Source: a virus
Lineage: Duplodnaviria > Caudoviricetes
Direction: 5' to 3' (one strand)
DNA: 59,588 nt
IMG/VR virus record: IMGVR_UViG_3300021403_000011
Span: 1 to 59,588 of that record
The translations under genes were made by a program, and so were the position numbers. Each line of letters opens with the position of its first letter. Position 1 is the first letter of the stretch. Positions 56,024 to 59,588 of the stretch are shown here, one piece after another. The notes beneath the pieces were generated by a model that was not told the DNA's origin, did not search any database, and saw nothing but the letters and a program-made list of their open reading frames with translations.

Positions 56024-56860
56024 ATGGCAGGCGGATTCGGCGGCTCTGGCTTCGGTGGCTTCCCGCTCGGCGTCGGGGGGCCGCTCTCGGTCGTGCGCGC
56101 GCTGGCGGTCGCCGGCCAGGTGGTGCGCGTGGTGTTCAGCGAGGAACCGCTCCACCGCAGCGCGGCCGGCGCGATGGATGCCCTCAACCCGGCGAACTAC
56201 ATCTTCTCGGTCATCGGCGGCGCCGCGACGGCCCCGAGTCCCGTCGGCGTGAACCCAGCGATGGTCGTCGGCCCGACCTACGGCGTCCAGGGTAGCGCGC
56301 CCGAGCGCGGCTTCGACGTCGCGGTCGACCGCCAGCTCATCGTGGGGATCCACTACGTCGTCACGGTGCGCGACGTCGCCGCGCTGTCGGGGAGCGCCCT
56401 GGGCTCACCCGACTCGGGCGATTTCTTCGGCGTGACCCGGCTCGAAGAGACGCGCCTGCCAGTCCGTAACCAGGACCTGGTCGACTTCGCGTGCCCGCCG
56501 TCGCTCGGCCACTACGTCATCGACGACACGGGCGACATCGCCGTCGGGACCCCGGCGGACGGTACGGTCTGCCGGATCTTCCGCCGGCTCACCACCAAGA
56601 AGGACGCCTTCCGATGGCTGCGCGGCTACGGTGTCGGCATCGACCTCAAGGGCGTGGCCAGCACCGCTAGCCTGTCGGGCATGAAGAACGACGGCACGTC
56701 CCAGGTGAAGCTGGAGCCCGACGTCGCCGCCGCGTCGGTTGCAGTCACGACTCAGCCGGTCGGGATCGTCCTGGTACAGGTGCGCGCGCAGACCCGGCGC
56801 GGCGCCTTCGTCGACGTCGGCGCCAAGGTCTCCCCGACCGGCGTCTCCTTCTCCTCGTGA
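56024..56860 (+). CDS. baseplate wedge protein, gp25-like C-terminus
   Basis: RI.RRLTT...F.WL..YG.G. Confidence 0.6.
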   Translation: MAGGFGGSGFGGFPLGVGGPLSVVRALAVAGQVVRVVFSEEPLHRSAAGAMDALNPANYIFSVIGGAATAPSPVGVNPAMVVGPTYGVQGSAPERGFDVAVDRQLIVGIHYVVTVRDVAALSGSALGSPDSGDFFGVTRLEETRLPVRNQDLVDFACPPSLGHYVIDDTGDIAVGTPADGTVCRIFRRLTTKKDAFRWLRGYGVGIDLKGVASTASLSGMKNDGTSQVKLEPDVAAASVAVTTQPVGIVLVQVRAQTRRGAFVDVGAKVSPTGVSFSS

Positions 56861-56868
56861 GGTGACCC

Positions 56869-57987
56869 GTGGACCTACCCGACCGCTCAGACCTCGTCGT
56901 CGTCGCCCGCGAGTACATCCGCGGCCAGGCGATGCTGAACCCCGGCCTCCGCGTCAACCCCGCGTTGGTCGACGTCGACGGCAGCAACCTGAATCTCGAC
57001 GTCGGGTCCTCCGCGGTCATGGGCGAGGCCCTCACCGCCTCGTGGGCGGCGTGCGCGCGCGACCTCTTCCTGGGGACGGCGGAAGGCCCCGGGCTCGACC
57101 GGTACGTCTTCGAGCGCATGGGCGGGATGACCCGAAAATCATCGGCGCCGGCGTCGGTCGCGCTGACGCTGGCGCGGCCGACGTTCACTGCGGGCGGCGG
57201 GGTCGTCAATGCCAGCGCGCGCGTCACCACGCCGGGCGGGTCGATCTTCGCGCTCCAGACCGACGTCACGTTCGGCGCCACCGACCTCACCCAGCCCGCG
57301 GTGGGGATCGCCCAGGTCGTCGGCCCCACGCAGAACGTTCCGGTCAACACCCTGACCGCGTGGCTCGACCAGCCGTTCGACTCGACGATCACGGTCACGA
57401 ACCCCCAGGCCGCCGCGGGCGGTACGAACAATGAGAACGACGCGCAGCTGCGGGCGCGCGCGGCGGTCTTCTTCCTGACGATCCGGCGCGCCATCATCCA
57501 GGCGATCCAGTTCGCGGCGACCACCGTCCCCGGCGTCACCGTCGCGACGGCCTTCGAGATCCTCAACCCGGGCAGCGGCTACCCGGCCGCCGCCGTCGAG
57601 CTCATCATCGCGGACGACACCGGCGGCGCGTCGCCGACGATGATCCAGGGCGTGGTCGACGCGCTCCTGCAGTTCCGCGCGGCGGGGATCCCCGTCTTTG
57701 TATCCGGCGGCGACGTGGTGTTCGAGCCGGTCACCTACCACCTGTCCTTCGCGTCCGGCATCGACACCGTCGCGGCGACCGCCCAGGTGCGCGCCGTCGC
57801 GTCGGCGTTCTCCCAGTTCCTGCGCCCCGGGCAGGCCCTGCTGCGCTCCAACCTCCTCGCGGCGGCGAGCGCGGTCCCGGGCACGATCGTCGGCGACGAC
57901 GCGCTCCCGGTCCCCGTCGGCGACATCGTGCCCGTCACGAACAGCACGATCATCCGCGTCCGCCCGCAGGACGTGAGCTTCGTCTGA
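56869..57987 (+). CDS. baseplate J-like protein
   Basis: FL.TAEG..LD, VTNP..A.GG...E.D.QLR.R. Confidence 0.85.
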   Translation: MDLPDRSDLVVVAREYIRGQAMLNPGLRVNPALVDVDGSNLNLDVGSSAVMGEALTASWAACARDLFLGTAEGPGLDRYVFERMGGMTRKSSAPASVALTLARPTFTAGGGVVNASARVTTPGGSIFALQTDVTFGATDLTQPAVGIAQVVGPTQNVPVNTLTAWLDQPFDSTITVTNPQAAAGGTNNENDAQLRARAAVFFLTIRRAIIQAIQFAATTVPGVTVATAFEILNPGSGYPAAAVELIIADDTGGASPTMIQGVVDALLQFRAAGIPVFVSGGDVVFEPVTYHLSFASGIDTVAATAQVRAVASAFSQFLRPGQALLRSNLLAAASAVPGTIVGDDALPVPVGDIVPVTNSTIIRVRPQDVSFV

Positions 57988-59375
57988 TGGTCGACCCGGA
58001 GACGCCCGACACGCTGCTGGCCCTGCTGCAGCGGACCAGCGACGGCCAGGGCTGGCTGCAGCCCCAGCTCGACGACCCGGACGCGGCGACGCTGCTGATG
58101 GCGCGGGTCGCGATCTTCGCGCGGCTCGGCGTCGCCGCGATCCACAACGCCGCGCAGGCGACGATCTCCGGCGCGTCGGGCGGCAGCCCGGGGACGAGCG
58201 CGGTCACGATCTCGCGCGCGTCGGGGACGACCACGGGCACGATCCCCAAGGGGTTCGCGTTCGTCGACCCGCGCGGCGTGCGCGCCGTCCTGCAGGTCGA
58301 CGTCCCAGTCACGACCCAGACGGTGCTGGTCCTACCGGTCCAGACGCTGCGCCAGACGGAGCTCGTCAACACCGAGGCCGACCCGGAGTTCGAGGTCGAC
58401 CCGCAGAGCCCCGTCGTACCAGCGAGCTCGGGCATCCTGATCGCGCCCCCGGGGACCGGCGGCGTCGGCGCGAGCACGTTCCAGGCGGTCGGCCCGTCGA
58501 CGAAGATCGACGGCGGCGCGGCTGACTACCTGTCAGTCCAGGGCGAGGAGCGCGGGATCTTCCGCCAGCCCGGCGAGACGACCGCGGCCTACCGCCAGCG
58601 CGTGCTCAACATCCCCGACGCGGTCAGCCCGATCGCGATCGCCGACGTCGTGCAGGCGGCGGCGCAGCAGCCGGGGATCCCGCCGCTGCTCACTCTCGAG
58701 CCGTTCGAGGACGGGGCGACCCCGGCGCTGAAGGCGCTCCATGGGCTGGGGAGCTTCTCGGGGTTCGCGTGGGACGTGGACTTCTGGGACGACCCGCTCA
58801 GCGGGTTCACGCTCCTGGACCGGCGCATGGGGCGCGCGTACTTCCTCATCCAGGCCCAGGACTACGTCGTCGACACGCAAAACTTCGGCGTGTTCTGGGA
58901 CGACATGTTCTTCGACGACGGCGTCCTGGGGTTCCCCGCGGACGTCGACCTGTTCCCACCGGCGCAGTCCGCCGCGCTCCTGGCGATCGCTGCCAGCGTC
59001 GACCCCAAGCGCGCCGGCGGCGTGCAGTTCGACATCCAGCTCAAGAGCGGCGATCTGCTCGAGGGGCGCGGTACGCGCAGCGCCAACAGCTTCGGTGAGG
59101 TCGTCACGCTGACGCCCGCGGCGGGCGCCATCTGGTACTTGTCGCAGGTCCTCGCCGGCCACGACTCGCCGACGCCGAGCACGTCGATCGCCCACCACCT
59201 GACCTTCGACCTCGAGGACGGCTCCAGCTTCACCACCGCCGACTTCTCGCAGACCTGGACGGAGATCATCCCCCCGCCCGGCGCGCGTGTTACCGCGATC
59301 CATGGATTCTTACGGTCAGACGGAACGATCGTGGCCGATCTGGTCATCTACGTCAGAGCCGTTGCCGTGGGTTAA
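57987..59375 (+). CDS. baseplate wedge protein
   Basis: RGI.R.PGET..AYR.R; follows J-like gene. Confidence 0.65.
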   Translation: MVDPETPDTLLALLQRTSDGQGWLQPQLDDPDAATLLMARVAIFARLGVAAIHNAAQATISGASGGSPGTSAVTISRASGTTTGTIPKGFAFVDPRGVRAVLQVDVPVTTQTVLVLPVQTLRQTELVNTEADPEFEVDPQSPVVPASSGILIAPPGTGGVGASTFQAVGPSTKIDGGAADYLSVQGEERGIFRQPGETTAAYRQRVLNIPDAVSPIAIADVVQAAAQQPGIPPLLTLEPFEDGATPALKALHGLGSFSGFAWDVDFWDDPLSGFTLLDRRMGRAYFLIQAQDYVVDTQNFGVFWDDMFFDDGVLGFPADVDLFPPAQSAALLAIAASVDPKRAGGVQFDIQLKSGDLLEGRGTRSANSFGEVVTLTPAAGAIWYLSQVLAGHDSPTPSTSIAHHLTFDLEDGSSFTTADFSQTWTEIIPPPGARVTAIHGFLRSDGTIVADLVIYVRAVAVG

Positions 59376-59476
59376 TATCCAGCCTGCGGGGGGTCGCCAG
59401 GCGCGGTTTTGCCTGGCAAGGCTCGGCGAGGCATGGCAGGGAGGGGCTTCAACTTGTTTCTAAAGTTGAAGCCCCT
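59373..59476 (+). repeat. TAATAT + (GGNNN) array + 14-bp hairpin element (copy 3)
   Basis: GGCGC GGTTT TGCCT GGCAA GGCTC GGCGA GGCAT GGCAG GGAGG 59400-59444; stem 59442-59476. Confidence 0.75.
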
Positions 59477-59530
59477 ATCCTTTGTAAGTCCGCGCGGGAC
59501 GCGGACTTAGGCGTGACCGCACTTCTAGCA

Positions 59531-59559
59531 TGGACAAGCGTTACGATATTTACTAACGT
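59531..59559 (+). promoter_or_regulatory. sigma70-like promoter with conserved spacer (copy 3)
   Basis: TGGACA-AGCGTTACGATATTTAC-TAACGT; ATG 7 nt later. Confidence 0.75.
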
Positions 59560-59588
59560 TGTTCACATGAGGACAAACTGGGGATTCG

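Noticed and set aside
2026-59347. Many long - strand and alternate-frame ORFs (e.g. 4744-7086, 15707-17560, 27473-29365, 40980-43085)
   Set aside because: Shadow ORFs typical of high-GC DNA, overlapping well-supported genes
1-59588. Diversity-generating retroelement, integrase/att site, tRNA or tmRNA
   Set aside because: No reverse transcriptase, TR/VR pair, recombinase motifs or cloverleaf recognised by eye

Overview
High-GC segment of a tailed phage or prophage with a contractile (myovirus-type) tail. Almost all genes are on the + strand. No integrase, replication, tRNA, rRNA or CRISPR features were recognised, and the host cannot be determined from sequence alone. Layout: 0.2-8.5 kb holin-like and probable virion accessory genes, including a GH140/DUF4038-like hydrolase and a Pro-rich BppU-like protein; 8.5-37.5 kb a mosaic of small accessory genes (three methyltransferases, HNH endonucleases, DUF5131, ASCH, UDG-like, DUF932, Tad2-like, an SOD/peptidase fusion) with the packaging genes scattered among them; 37.5-59.4 kb head, neck, tail and baseplate genes. 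Most notable: (1) the terminase large subunit is split into ATPase (9261-10067) and nuclease (25869-26627) genes about 15.8 kb apart, each abutted at the split point by a paralogous HNH gene; (2) one HNH inserted into the nuclease gene start and carries a synonymously recoded copy of its first 11 codons; (3) three non-coding elements built as TAATAT box + (GGNNN)n period-5 array + hairpin; (4) a window-wide set of leaderless -10 boxes often built from the upstream stop codon; (5) a structured RNA candidate of about 350 nt after the capsid gene; (6) four related sub-60-aa acidic peptides in the head module. All family assignments are from motif recognition by eye, not database searches.
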